This document shows positions 10,133 through 19,940 of a stretch of DNA of 64,000 nt, in pieces. This stretch comes from a bacterium (GTDB lineage Bacteria > Actinomycetota > Acidimicrobiia > Spongiisociales > Spongiisociaceae). The notes beneath the pieces are model-generated. The model did no database searches and was not told the origin of the DNA. It worked only from the letters and a program-made list of their open reading frames with translations. The stretch's first letter is position 1. Every line of letters starts with the position of its first letter. Where the stretch lies: the NCBI GenBank assembly GCA_028821575.1, contig JAPPFW010000051.1, positions 15,465 through 79,464 on the forward strand. The letters are read 5' to 3'. Made by a program: the position numbers and the translations under genes.

Positions 10133-11259
10133 CGCGGCGCCTCCTGTAGATCCGGCGGGCTGGCCGCGCGATCCCGCCACGTCACGAACGGGCAGGCCGT
10201 GGCATGATCGGCTCCCACCTGCTGCAGCGACATCGGAACCGAGTGGCATCCGTCCCCGACGAACCCGCATCTGGGGCTGAACGGACAACCCGGAGGCAGC
10301 CTGGAGAGGTCAGGAGGTTGCCCCTTGACGGGGACGATCTCCGACCGCCCGCCGGTGTCCAGATGCGGGATCGAGGCTAGCAGCGCCTGCGTGTACGGGT
10401 GGCTCGGGTGATCGAATATCTCCTGAACCGGTGCCTGCTCGACTATGTAGCCGGCATACATCACAGCAACGTGGTCACAGTGTTGGGCGATCACACCGAA
10501 GTCGTGGGAGACGAGGATCATCGCCATTCCCGTGTCCTGCTGGAGTTCGCTGAGCAGCGTCATGATCTGGGCCTGGACCGTCACATCGAGAGCCGCCGTC
10601 GGTTCGTCGGCGATCAGGAGCATCGGTTCGGCGGCGATGGCACTGGCGATCATCGCCCGCTGTCGCATCCCCCCGCTCATCTCGTGGGGGTAGGAATGGA
10701 ACTGCGTCTCCGGGGAGGCGATGCCGACGCGGTCGAGCAGTTCGATCGCCCGCCGGGTTGCCTCCCGGGTACCCATCCGGCGCTTGATCCTGAGTACCTC
10801 GACGATCTGGTTCCCCACCTTGTACACGGGATTGAGCGAGGCGGTCGGATCCTGGAACACCATCCCTATCTCGCTCCCGCGCACCTTGCGGAGTTCCGAA
10901 CGGGACAGCCCGAGCAGGTCCCGGCCGTCGAACACCACCCGCCCCTCGATGACCTCGCCCGGCCTCGGGACGAGTCCGATGATGGATCGACACGTCATGC
11001 TCTTCCCCGATCCCGACTCGCCGACCAGCGCCAGGGTGGAGCCCCGCTCCAGGCTGAAGCTCACGCCGTTGGTGGCGAGCAGCAGCCCTTCCAGGGTCGG
11101 GAAGCCGGTGTGGAGATCTTCCACCTCGAGGAGCGGGGACCCGCCTACACCGTCAATCGCAACTCCTCTCCCAGCCGGTCGGCGAGGGCGTCGCCGAGCA
11201 TGCTGAAACCGACGCCGATCGTCACCAGTACGAGCCCGGACAGGGTGGTGATCCACCAA
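10129..11259 (-). CDS. peptide ABC transporter ATP-binding protein (DppD/OppD type)
   Basis: GESGSGKS, MSGGMRQR and LIADEPT motifs. The start is uncertain: TTG 11259, GTG 11256 or GTG 11124. The long version overlaps the permease gene by about 115 nt. Confidence 0.8.
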   Translation of the reverse strand: MVDHHPVRARTGDDRRRFQHARRRPRRPAGRGVAIDGVGGSPLLEVEDLHTGFPTLEGLLLATNGVSFSLERGSTLALVGESGSGKSMTCRSIIGLVPRPGEVIEGRVVFDGRDLLGLSRSELRKVRGSEIGMVFQDPTASLNPVYKVGNQIVEVLRIKRRMGTREATRRAIELLDRVGIASPETQFHSYPHEMSGGMRQRAMIASAIAAEPMLLIADEPTAALDVTVQAQIMTLLSELQQDTGMAMILVSHDFGVIAQHCDHVAVMYAGYIVEQAPVQEIFDHPSHPYTQALLASIPHLDTGGRSEIVPVKGQPPDLSRLPPGCPFSPRCGFVGDGCHSVPMSLQQVGADHATACPFVTWRDRAASPPDLQEAPR

Positions 11260-12047
11260 CCGACCCGGAGGTGGCCCTGCCCGTCGGCGACGATGACTCC
11301 GAGTTCGGCCGTGGGTGCTTGGACCCCGAGACCGAGGTACGAGACGCCGGCAATCAGCAGCAGGTTGAGAACGATATCCGCCACCGAGAACACCAGCGGC
11401 GAGCGGATGAGGTTCGGGACGGCGTGACGGCCGAGGATCCGGGCGGTGGAGTAGCCGAGGCCCTTGGCAGCCAGCATGTACTGCTGCTCGCGGATCACCA
11501 GCATCTCGCCCCGGGACAGCCGGGCGTAGAGAGCCCAGCCAACCGCCAGCACGCCTATGAAGATGCCTACCAGCCCGGGCCCCGTGATGGCGACCACCGC
11601 GATGACCACGACCAGGAAGGGGAAGGCCATGACGATGTCAACGGCCCGGTTGATCACCGTGTCTACCCAGCCCCCGAAGTAGCCGGCGAGCATGCCGAGG
11701 GTGACGCCTACCAGCAAGGGCACGTAGGTGATCACCAGCACGATGGCCATGTCCAGGCGTATCCCGTACAGCACCCGGGAGAACACGTCGCGCCCGAGTT
11801 CGTCGGTGCCGAAGAGATGGTCGCCCGATGGGGGCTGGAGGGTCTCCATCAGGTTGAGCTCGTTGGGCGGGTAGGGCGCGATCCATGGCGCAAACAACCC
11901 GGCGACGACCACCAGCACCACGATCGACCCGCCGATGAAGAGCGCGACGTTCGACCATCGCCGATCGGACAGGGCCCGCCTTCGCAGCCGGCGGGTCGCC
12001 ACCAGCAGCCGCTCCTGCCGCGCGGGAACCTCGTGGCCGATGGTCAT
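11145..12047 (-). CDS. ABC transporter permease (DppC/OppC type)
   Basis: 300 aa, polytopic, with a BPD-transporter EAA-like loop. ATGA overlap with the upstream permease. Confidence 0.9.
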   Translation of the reverse strand: MTIGHEVPARQERLLVATRRLRRRALSDRRWSNVALFIGGSIVVLVVVAGLFAPWIAPYPPNELNLMETLQPPSGDHLFGTDELGRDVFSRVLYGIRLDMAIVLVITYVPLLVGVTLGMLAGYFGGWVDTVINRAVDIVMAFPFLVVVIAVVAITGPGLVGIFIGVLAVGWALYARLSRGEMLVIREQQYMLAAKGLGYSTARILGRHAVPNLIRSPLVFSVADIVLNLLLIAGVSYLGLGVQAPTAELGVIVADGQGHLRVGWWITTLSGLVLVTIGVGFSMLGDALADRLGEELRLTV

Positions 12048-12988
12048 CCGTCCACCAGCCTCACGCGCGGGTCTATGGCCGCGTAGGTCAGGTCAGCCGC
12101 CAGGTTGATCACGATCACCGTGAGCCCGAAGAACAGGACCAGGGCCTGGATGACCGGGTAGTCGCGTTCGAGCACGCCCTCGACGATCAGCGAGCCGAGT
12201 CCGGGGATGGCGAAGACGTTCTCGACTATCACGGATCCGCTGATCATGAAGCCGATGATCAGCGAGAGCACGGTGACCGTGGCGATCAGCGAGTTCCGCA
12301 TGACGTGCTTTCCGATCACCCTGGACTCGCGATATCCCCTGGCCCGGGCGGCCTCGACGTACTCCTGGTCCAGAACCTCGATGATGCTCGAGCGCAGGGT
12401 TCGGGCGAGGATCGGCGCCAGGAACAGCCCGATGGTGGCCGCCGGCAAGGTGAGGCTGCGCACGATGGTGAGGATGTTCGTCTTGTCGTAGCCCGCTACC
12501 GGCAGCCAGCCCAGCCTGATGGCGAAGAACAGCGCCAGCAGCAGGCCGAGCCAGAACGACGGCATGGCGAAGGTGATCATGCTGCCGAGCCGCATGAGGT
12601 GGTCCTGCCAGCGGTTCCGCTTCACGGCGGAGAGGATCGCCAGGGGAACCGCCACCACGATCGCGATCACCGCGCTGTACAACAGCAGTGAGAAGCTGAT
12701 CACGGCACGGGTGGCGATCACGTCGCGAACCGGTTCCTTCTTGATGATCGACTCGCCGAAGTCACCGACCACCGCACCCCTCAGGAAGCCGATGAACTGC
12801 TCGGGTACCGAACGGTCAAGACCCAGGTCGCGACGCAGGATGGCCAGGCTCTCCGGCGTGGCGTTGTACCCCAGCATGTTCAGTGCAGGGTCTCCGGGCA
12901 CCAGCACGATTATGACGAACGCGCCGACGATTACCGCCGCGATCACCGGGATGCTGTGCAGGAGGCGGCGACCCAGGTAACGGAGCAC
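12044..12988 (-). CDS. ABC transporter permease (DppB/OppB type)
   Basis: 314 aa with the typical N-terminus MLRYLGRRLL and 6 TM segments. Confidence 0.9.
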   Translation of the reverse strand: MLRYLGRRLLHSIPVIAAVIVGAFVIIVLVPGDPALNMLGYNATPESLAILRRDLGLDRSVPEQFIGFLRGAVVGDFGESIIKKEPVRDVIATRAVISFSLLLYSAVIAIVVAVPLAILSAVKRNRWQDHLMRLGSMITFAMPSFWLGLLLALFFAIRLGWLPVAGYDKTNILTIVRSLTLPAATIGLFLAPILARTLRSSIIEVLDQEYVEAARARGYRESRVIGKHVMRNSLIATVTVLSLIIGFMISGSVIVENVFAIPGLGSLIVEGVLERDYPVIQALVLFFGLTVIVINLAADLTYAAIDPRVRLVDG

Positions 12989-13200
12989 GTTCGCGGGTCA
13001 GCCGCCCGGTGGTCTGTCTGCGGAACTGCGCCGTGGCATGCGCCGGCAGCGGCGTTCCTCGCAAGGCCCGCCGACGAAGGCGTACCCGCAGCGGTACGTC
13101 GAGGAGGCGGAACGTCGCGAGGGACGTCGATGGCAAGCAGGGCGCGGCAAGCCGTTTTGCAGACAGACCACTTTGTACCGCTGAGGCTTCAGGCCGTTCC

Positions 13201-14877
13201 TTACTGCTCGATCCACGTGTTCTCGAAGTGGTACACGCCGAGGGCGTCCTGGTCGACGTCGTGTACGCCGTCGCGGACACCGGTCGCCAGGGGCAGCCAC
13301 AAGATGTTCAGCCAGGGCATGTCGGCGACCCACTCGGCCTGGATCTGGGGCCAGAGCTCCTGGCGCCTCTCCTCGGTGGCAGCTACCGCTTCCTCCACCT
13401 TTGCCCATAACGACTCATTGCCCCATGCGCTGAAGAAGCCGTCCAGCCCACCCTCGGTGGGATCCGTCATCAGCAGGGCGAACTCGTCGGGAACCAGCAC
13501 GTCCGACGTCCACTTCAGGAAGGGCATGGTGATCTCGTAGCCGTAGCTGAACAGGTTGTCGGCCAGGGTGCTCTCGTCCAGCTCCACCAGCTGCAGGTCC
13601 ACGCCGATCTCGGCCCACTGGGCCTGCAGGACGGTGGCCAACGACTTGTGCTGACCGGAACCGGCCGGGAACTGGAAGGTGACGCTGAACCCGTCGGCAA
13701 CCGACGACGAGGCGATCAGTTCCTTCGCCTTGTCCAGGTTGAATTCGAACGGGGCCACCTCGCTGGTCGGCGCGTTGTATTTGAGCGGCGGGATCAGGTG
13801 GTTGGGGATCGTGCCGACCCCTCCGAACACCGCGGCGTTGATCGCATCCCTATCGGTGGCGTAGCTCAATGCCTGCCGCACGGCGAGTTCGTCGAGCGGT
13901 GGGGCGCTGTTGTTGATCCAGACGGGCTCCTGGCGGGTCACCTCGCGCACCAGCACCGTGACGCCCTCCATATCTCCGATCGCGTCGATCTGGGTGAACG
14001 GGACGCTCTCCATGACATGGGCCTCGCCCGAGTCGAGCTTCAGGGCCCGCGTGTTGTCGTCCACGATGAAGTCGTAGCGCAGTTCGTCGAGGTAGGGCTT
14101 GCCCTCCTCCCAGTAGTAGGGGTTGGGCTCGAAGCTGATGCTCGTGCCCCGGATCCACTCCTTGAGCTTGAACGGCCCGCTTCCGACCGGGTCCTCCCAG
14201 AAGGCGTCGCCCTGGGCCTCGAGAACCGCCTTCGGCACGATGTACGCCGGGAAGATGCTGATGTTCTCGAGGAACGCAGCGATCGGCTGGTCGAGGTGGA
14301 TGATGAAGTTACGGTCGTCGATGATCTCCGTACCCGTGTACCCGAGGGCGAGGAACGGAAGGATCGTGTTGATCTCGGGATTGGCGAAGCGGTCGAGGGA
14401 GTACTGGACGTCCTCGGACGTGACCGGGTCACCGTTGCTGAACATGGCGTTCTCCCGGAGGGTGAAGCTCCAATCGAGCCCGTCGTCGCTGACCTCCCAC
14501 GATTCGGCGAGAGCCGGAATGATGGACGTGCCTCCCTTCGGATCCGCGTAGACGAGGGTGTCGAAGATCAACTCGTGCGCGTATATCTGGCCGTTGTCGG
14601 ACAGCTCGAACGGGTTGAGAGTGTTGGTCTCGAGCTGGCGGGCGAATACGAGCGTACCGCCGCGCTGCGGACCGTCCATCATGGCGGCTTCGGTTGTGTC
14701 CGGAGCTGCCGCCTCAGTTGTGTCCGGTGCCGCCGCCTGGGTTGTCGCGGGCGCCTGGGTTGTCGCGGGCGCCTGAGTCGTCGCCGGGGCCTCTTCTTCG
14801 TCGGTTCCGCACGCCGCTGCCACCAGCCCTACAGCCAGCAGGCAGGCAATCATACGGAAAAGGGGTCGCAGTCTCAT
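13201..14877 (-). CDS. family-5 peptide/nickel ABC substrate-binding lipoprotein
   Basis: 558 aa. Signal peptide plus lipobox LVAAAC, followed by a repetitive APATTQ/AAAPDTTE linker and an SBP_bac_5-like body. Confidence 0.9.
   Translation of the reverse strand: MRLRPLFRMIACLLAVGLVAAACGTDEEEAPATTQAPATTQAPATTQAAAPDTTEAAAPDTTEAAMMDGPQRGGTLVFARQLETNTLNPFELSDNGQIYAHELIFDTLVYADPKGGTSIIPALAESWEVSDDGLDWSFTLRENAMFSNGDPVTSEDVQYSLDRFANPEINTILPFLALGYTGTEIIDDRNFIIHLDQPIAAFLENISIFPAYIVPKAVLEAQGDAFWEDPVGSGPFKLKEWIRGTSISFEPNPYYWEEGKPYLDELRYDFIVDDNTRALKLDSGEAHVMESVPFTQIDAIGDMEGVTVLVREVTRQEPVWINNSAPPLDELAVRQALSYATDRDAINAAVFGGVGTIPNHLIPPLKYNAPTSEVAPFEFNLDKAKELIASSSVADGFSVTFQFPAGSGQHKSLATVLQAQWAEIGVDLQLVELDESTLADNLFSYGYEITMPFLKWTSDVLVPDEFALLMTDPTEGGLDGFFSAWGNESLWAKVEEAVAATEERRQELWPQIQAEWVADMPWLNILWLPLATGVRDGVHDVDQDALGVYHFENTWIEQ
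14686..14788. repeat. in-frame tandem repeats (24 bp x2, 18 bp x3) encoding the lipoprotein linker
   Basis: GCCTGGGTTGTCGCGGGC occurs at 14735-14752 and 14753-14770, with a degenerate third unit. On the minus strand it encodes APATTQ repeats. Confidence 0.8.
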
Positions 14878-15215
14878 CGAGCCTCCCTCGCCTTATGGAT
14901 CTTGGTCCAGCCCGCGGACCGCCGGCAGGAGCGTCGGCGGCCGGACCCTGTGGTCGGTTGGCTGAACTTTGCTGATTGAGGCTAGACGAACGGGTATCGC
15001 CGCGTCGGCGATAAGTCGGTGGGCGAGAAGCCGGCAGATGCCTCGGGGTTGGTGGGTTACACCTTCAGGCCTGCTCAGCCGTGCTTCGGACTTCTACTCG
15101 TTGAGAACCGCTCTGACGGATGCTCTGATCAGTGCAATGTCGGGAATAGAAGCCCGGCGTATACGTCCGGGTCGGCGGCCTTCGGTCTGCTGGGCGCCGG
15201 CATCGGGGGACAACG

Positions 15216-15902
15216 TCATCGTGAGCGCTGGCCGGCGTGGCGGGGTTCCGGCATTGGACTGTGACTGGTCGTTTGGGTGGCGGGCAGGGCAATGACGTTC
15301 AGGATCCTGGTGTCGGCGTCGCCGCCGATCCAGCGGTGCGGGACGTTTGCCGGAAACACCATCGAGTCTCCCTGGAGTAGGGTCTCGGTGCCGTGGCCGG
15401 CGACCTCCACCGAGAAGGAACCCTCCAGGACGACAACCACCTCCTCGCCCACATGAGACCATGCCGGTTGGCTGCGAAACCCCGGGGGGATCAGACACTC
15501 ACGTGCTTCGAGCCGGATCCGCGGCGTGGATGTCAGCGACCGCGCCAATTGAGGCGGATCATCCGAGTCGACACTCATCCATGGCCCCTCGTCCTTGCGG
15601 ACGACGCTCACGAGGGGTTCGTCAACCTGTGCCAGCAACTCGGGCGCGGTGGTCTCCAAGGCTCGAGCGACCCTGTACAGGGCGGACAGGCTGATGTTGG
15701 TCTGCCCGTTCTCCACTTGACTCAGGAAGCCGGTTGACAGGCCGGTGGCGCTGGCGACCCGCGCCAGGGTCAGCCTCTTGGCTTTCCGCAGGAAACGAAT
15801 TCTCAACCCGAGCGACTCGATGTCGACGCCATCTCTCGAGGTGGACCGCACGCTGCTCCTAGTCTCACGGGATCGGTGGACCGGACTACCAAGACCGATC
15901 AT
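15216..15902 (-). CDS. XRE-family HTH transcriptional regulator with C-terminal cupin sensor domain
   Basis: HTH_3 region LRKAKRLTLARVASATGLSTGFLSQVENG, followed by a cupin_2-like C-terminus (GDSMVFPANVPHRW). Confidence 0.8.
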   Translation of the reverse strand: MIGLGSPVHRSRETRSSVRSTSRDGVDIESLGLRIRFLRKAKRLTLARVASATGLSTGFLSQVENGQTNISLSALYRVARALETTAPELLAQVDEPLVSVVRKDEGPWMSVDSDDPPQLARSLTSTPRIRLEARECLIPPGFRSQPAWSHVGEEVVVVLEGSFSVEVAGHGTETLLQGDSMVFPANVPHRWIGGDADTRILNVIALPATQTTSHSPMPEPRHAGQRSR

Positions 15903-16040
15903 CGGTCACGATAGCGAGGACGGCCTGACCCTGATGGGTGGTGAACGATGGAGTCCACGGGAGGCTCCGAGCCGCCCCGGAACCCGGGACGGCTCGGAAG
16001 GGCGGAACGGCTAGCGGCTCTCTGATCCGTGCCGATGTGT

Positions 16041-17147
16041 CTACTCGATCGGGTCGATCACCAGCGGGACGACCAGGTCTCCGCTCAGGATCGCCGCGTG
16101 GGCCTCGTCCACAGCGGCCCGCACGTCATCCGGCAGGTCGTCACTGATCGCGCCCAGGCTGGATCCGCCGTCACCCATCGACGTGTACACGATCCGCTCC
16201 ATCGGCCCGTCGTACGGCGTGACTTCGGTGACGTAGGCGTACCAGGCGTGGATCAGGTCGAGGAACGCGGCATCCCAACGGGCGACCGCACTGGTGACGA
16301 CGACGTTCGACATCTCCAGTTGGTCGGTGAAGTGCCCGAACACCCGGACATTGCCGGCTTCCTCGGCGGCTGCGAACGGTCCGAACCGCTCCGCGTAGAT
16401 CATGTCGGAGCCGGCCGCGATCTGGGCCGCCGCGGCTTCGTGGGCCGTTGCCGGGTCGAACCAGCTCTCTATGTAGGTGACCTCGGCTGTGACATCGGGA
16501 TTGACCGACTTGGCGCCGTCGATGAACGCGTGGAGCGGACCGTTGACGTTGGGGAACGGGAACGCCGCTACCGCGCTGATCCGGTCGGTCTCGGTCATCA
16601 TCCCGGCGATGATCCCGGCGAGATAGGCGGGCTCGTGGATGAAAACGTCGATCCAGTATCCGTTGCCGCCCAAGGGGTCGTTACCCGATCCCGAGAATGC
16701 GAACAGGGTGTCCGGGAAGTCATCCTTGATTGCGGCTATAGCATCCGAGTGGGTGCTGTGGCCGAGGATGATCTCGTACTCGCCCGTCTGGGCGAGGTCA
16801 CGGAGAACCCGCTCGTCGTCGGCGAAGGCGATCCCCTCGACTACCTCCAGGGTCATGGTCAGGCCATACGGGTTGTCCTCTGCGAGGCGACCGATGGCGT
16901 CGATCATCGTGGCGTACCAGCCCTGTTCCTTGGCACCCACAACGATCATGGCTACGTCCAACTCGGTCGGCTCCACCATCTCCGCTTCGGTGGTGGTGGG
17001 TGCTGCCGTGGTGGTGGGTGCTGCCGTGGTCGTCGGGGCCGCGGTCGTCTCCGCCGGCTCGTCGCTACCGCATGCCGGCACGACCAGTCCGATCGCCGCG
17101 GCGATCACGACAAGCATCCAAGCCCTTCGATATCTGGCTCCTTGCAC
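16041..17147 (-). CDS. BMP-family (Med/PnrA-like) ABC substrate-binding lipoprotein
   Basis: GTG start with GGGGAGGAGG RBS, lipobox LVVPAC, (AAPTTT)x3 linker and a BMP-like body. No cognate permease or ATPase is adjacent. Confidence 0.85.
   Translation of the reverse strand: MQGARYRRAWMLVVIAAAIGLVVPACGSDEPAETTAAPTTTAAPTTTAAPTTTEAEMVEPTELDVAMIVVGAKEQGWYATMIDAIGRLAEDNPYGLTMTLEVVEGIAFADDERVLRDLAQTGEYEIILGHSTHSDAIAAIKDDFPDTLFAFSGSGNDPLGGNGYWIDVFIHEPAYLAGIIAGMMTETDRISAVAAFPFPNVNGPLHAFIDGAKSVNPDVTAEVTYIESWFDPATAHEAAAAQIAAGSDMIYAERFGPFAAAEEAGNVRVFGHFTDQLEMSNVVVTSAVARWDAAFLDLIHAWYAYVTEVTPYDGPMERIVYTSMGDGGSSLGAISDDLPDDVRAAVDEAHAAILSGDLVVPLVIDPIE
16992..17045. repeat. 18-bp in-frame tandem repeat (x3) encoding the AAPTTT linker
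   Basis: GGTGGTGGGTGCTGCCGT occurs at 16992-17009 and 17010-17027, with a degenerate third unit. Confidence 0.8.
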
Positions 17148-17219
17148 GTCTCGGTCCTCCTCCCCAGCCGGACATCCCGGCTGAATCTTGTCTTTCGCAC
17201 CGCTCTTCGGCCTGTGGCC

Positions 17220-18467
17220 TCACTTCCGGTTGGGCCTGATGAACGGCAAGGGCCCGAAGCGGACACCGGCCGCCAGTACTCGGCCGTCGTCAGGCCACCG
17301 CACCTGCACCGGCTCGCCGTCGATCGGGAATGTGGCCGGCAGGTGCGCGAACCCGATCATGTCCTTCAATGCGTGGCTCCACCCGACGCTTGTGGCGTAC
17401 CCGACCCGAGCACCCTCCGACGTGAGTTCGAGGGGAGGGAAGCGCCGTACGGTCTCGTCGATGAGCGGGAGTTCATCGCGAGCAAGGAATGCCTCTACCA
17501 GTTCGCGCCAGGCGATGCGGAGAGCGCGCATGCGGCGTCCCGAACCGGTGGTGCGTGACTCCGACCGGAGAGCGTCCCTGCCCACGAAGTCCGGCTTGCT
17601 GAAGTCGACGAACCGGCCCAGGTCGATCTCGAACGGGGATGCGAAGTACTCGGCTCCGGCCAACCCGTAGCTATGGGCCTTGACCGTGTCGGGTCCGGCC
17701 CGCGCATAGTCGATTGCCGGCAGCACGAGGCCGGCTTCCACCCGCACGATGTCCTGGGCCGCGGTACCGCACGGCTCGAGGGCTTCCGCCGCCCTGGTCG
17801 CTGCCAGCGCGTTCCAGACCTCGTCCCCCGCTGCGGGCGGCACCCACAGTTCGTAGCCCTTGACGCCGGTGAAGCCCGTCCTCCACACATGCACGTCGGC
17901 TGCTCCGATCCTTCCTCGCCTGCCGCGGGAGAATCGGAGGTCCGACCAGCGCTGTCCGGTCGCCTCCTCGAGAACGGCGAGCGAGTCGGGCCCCTGCAGA
18001 GCCAGTATCCCGAAGCGGTCCGTCGCATCCTCGAATCCGACATCCATCCCCTGCCGCTGCTGGTTGAACCACCGATCCATGGCACAGGACGTCAGGAAGA
18101 AGTCGTCCTTGGTGAGCCGGAACAGGAGACCCTCGACGATCACCTTGCCGTCCTCGTCGCACCATGGCGTGTAGTAGGCGTGGTCGACGGAGATCCTGCC
18201 GGCGTCGCGCGGGATAAGGCGGTTGACGAATCGCTCGGAGTCAGGCCCACGAATGTGGACCGTCACCAGTGGTGACTTGTCCTCGAGCATGGCGGATGAC
18301 CGCGCCGCTCGAGCCTCCTGCCGGATGCCGGCGAGGGTCTCCGGCATCCCGTACCCGCCCCAGGTCGTCCACACCCCCTTTTCGTTGGAGTTGCGGAGGC
18401 TTGACGTGAAGGGCGTCTCGACGAGCATTGCCCGATCGATGGGATCCCCCATGAAGTCAAAGCCCAT
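17220..18467 (-). CDS. GcvT/DmdA-family aminomethyltransferase-like folate-binding protein
   Basis: Starts MGFDFMGDPID, with GGAGA 8 nt upstream of the ATG at 18467. Glycine-cleavage T-protein family blocks are present. The track ORF extended to 18611 covers the 5' leader. Confidence 0.85.
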   Translation of the reverse strand: MGFDFMGDPIDRAMLVETPFTSSLRNSNEKGVWTTWGGYGMPETLAGIRQEARAARSSAMLEDKSPLVTVHIRGPDSERFVNRLIPRDAGRISVDHAYYTPWCDEDGKVIVEGLLFRLTKDDFFLTSCAMDRWFNQQRQGMDVGFEDATDRFGILALQGPDSLAVLEEATGQRWSDLRFSRGRRGRIGAADVHVWRTGFTGVKGYELWVPPAAGDEVWNALAATRAAEALEPCGTAAQDIVRVEAGLVLPAIDYARAGPDTVKAHSYGLAGAEYFASPFEIDLGRFVDFSKPDFVGRDALRSESRTTGSGRRMRALRIAWRELVEAFLARDELPLIDETVRRFPPLELTSEGARVGYATSVGWSHALKDMIGFAHLPATFPIDGEPVQVRWPDDGRVLAAGVRFGPLPFIRPNRK

Positions 18468-18615
18468 GTCACTCGTCTCCAGCAGTCTTCGAGACAACCC
18501 CGGGCTTTGCCGCTGGGCGAGCGTGTGGTCCGTTGCCGCCTCTTGCCGCCCGGATGCGTGGACTCCTCCTTGGGTCGAGATCCGCGGGGGCTCCCGGCAC
18601 CCGGCCTCCAATGGT

Positions 18616-18649
18616 AGTTTAGTATTACTAAACTTTCTGCATTCGTCAA
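18616..18649 (-). promoter_or_regulatory. sigma70-like promoter with overlapping palindromic operator upstream of the GcvT-like gene
   Basis: On the minus strand, TTGACG (18649-18644) is followed after 16-17 nt by TAATACT. A perfect inverted repeat AGTTTAGTA-T-TACTAAACT (18616-18634) covers the -10 and has a GntR-like GT-N-AC core. Confidence 0.45.
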
Positions 18650-18923
18650 GGGCGTCTCGGGTGACGCTCGCTAACTGTCCAGGTGCCAGCGGTCCTGTGC
18701 GAACACCAGTCGCCGGATCGTCAGGTGTATGTCGACCGACCGTATCTGCGAGGTTGCTAACCGCTAACTAAGCACACATATCTAATACTATCGGTATGAG
18801 GTTTTAGGCGCCCGGAGGGCTGGGCGCTGGCGATCCGACAGCACCTAGTGGCCCTGGGCGGAGTCGGACAGTCTCCAGGTGTGTAACAAATACTCGAACA
18901 CAGAGATTGGAGACAGCGAGTCG

Positions 18924-19940
18924 CTACTGGTTAAGAACCCTATCAACAGCCGACACGACGCGAGCCGCGTCCGGGATGTAGGCGTTCTCCAACGGCGGGC
19001 TCAGCGGCACCGGGGAGTGGGGGCAGGTGACCCTTCTCACCGGGGCGGCCAGCGCGTCGAATGCATGCTCCGAGACCATGGCGGCGATGTCCGCGGCGAT
19101 GCTGCATCGGGGCGGGCTCTCGTCCACCACCACCAGCCGCCCGGTCTTGCGGACCGATTCCAGGATGGTCTCCGAGTCGAGCGGCGACAGGGATCTGGGA
19201 TCGACCACCTCCGCCTCGATGCCGTCCGATGCCAGGGAGATGGCGACCTCGAGGGCCAGCTTCGCCATGTAGGAGATCGCCACGATGGTCACATCCGTTC
19301 CCGGACGGGTCACCGAGGCCGAGCCGATCGGGACCGTGTAGGGATCCTCCGGTACCTCCTGGCGGGTGTTGTACAGGCGCATGTGCTCGAAGAACAGGAC
19401 CGGGTCGTCGTCGGCGATGGCCGCCAGCAGCAGGCCCTTGGCGTCGTACGGCGTGGTTGGGACGACCACCTTGATCCCGGGCAGGTGGGTGTAGACGGAG
19501 TACAGGGTGTCGGAGTGTTGCCCGGCCGCCCCCAGTCCGGCGCCGATGGCCATGCGAAGCACCAGCGGGACGCTGGCCTGGCCGCCGAACATGTAGCGCA
19601 GCTTGGCGGCCTGGTTGTGGATCTGGTCGAAGGCCAGCGGCGTGAAGCTCGACCACATCATGTCGACGACCGGCCGGATCCCGGACGCCGCCGCGCCGAC
19701 CGCGATCCCGACCAGGCCCGCCTCGGAGATGGGGGTGTCCCGGACCCGCGTGGGCCCGAACTTGTGGAAGAGGCCCTTGGTGGCGCCGAAGGTGCCTCCC
19801 ATCGCTCCCTCGTACGGTTCGCCGAGTCCTGCTCCACCAACGACGTCCTCGCCGTATACGACCACGGTGTCGTCGGCCTCCATCGCCTGGTACATGGCCT
19901 CGCCGACCGCGTGGATCATGGTGATCGGCCTCCTACCCAC
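18924..19940 (-). CDS. alpha-ketoacid (pyruvate/acetoin-type) dehydrogenase E1 beta subunit
   Basis: 338 aa. ITMIHAVGEAMYQAME...GEDV..GG..G.T.GL blocks. GTG start with GGAG RBS, overlapping the E1 alpha stop. Confidence 0.9.
   Translation of the reverse strand: MGRRPITMIHAVGEAMYQAMEADDTVVVYGEDVVGGAGLGEPYEGAMGGTFGATKGLFHKFGPTRVRDTPISEAGLVGIAVGAAASGIRPVVDMMWSSFTPLAFDQIHNQAAKLRYMFGGQASVPLVLRMAIGAGLGAAGQHSDTLYSVYTHLPGIKVVVPTTPYDAKGLLLAAIADDDPVLFFEHMRLYNTRQEVPEDPYTVPIGSASVTRPGTDVTIVAISYMAKLALEVAISLASDGIEAEVVDPRSLSPLDSETILESVRKTGRLVVVDESPPRCSIAADIAAMVSEHAFDALAAPVRRVTCPHSPVPLSPPLENAYIPDAARVVSAVDRVLNQ

Noticed and set aside
18468-18615. Glycine riboswitch in the leader of the GcvT-like gene
   Set aside because: Neither the tandem aptamer layout nor the conserved ACCGAAGGGGCAA-type core is present.
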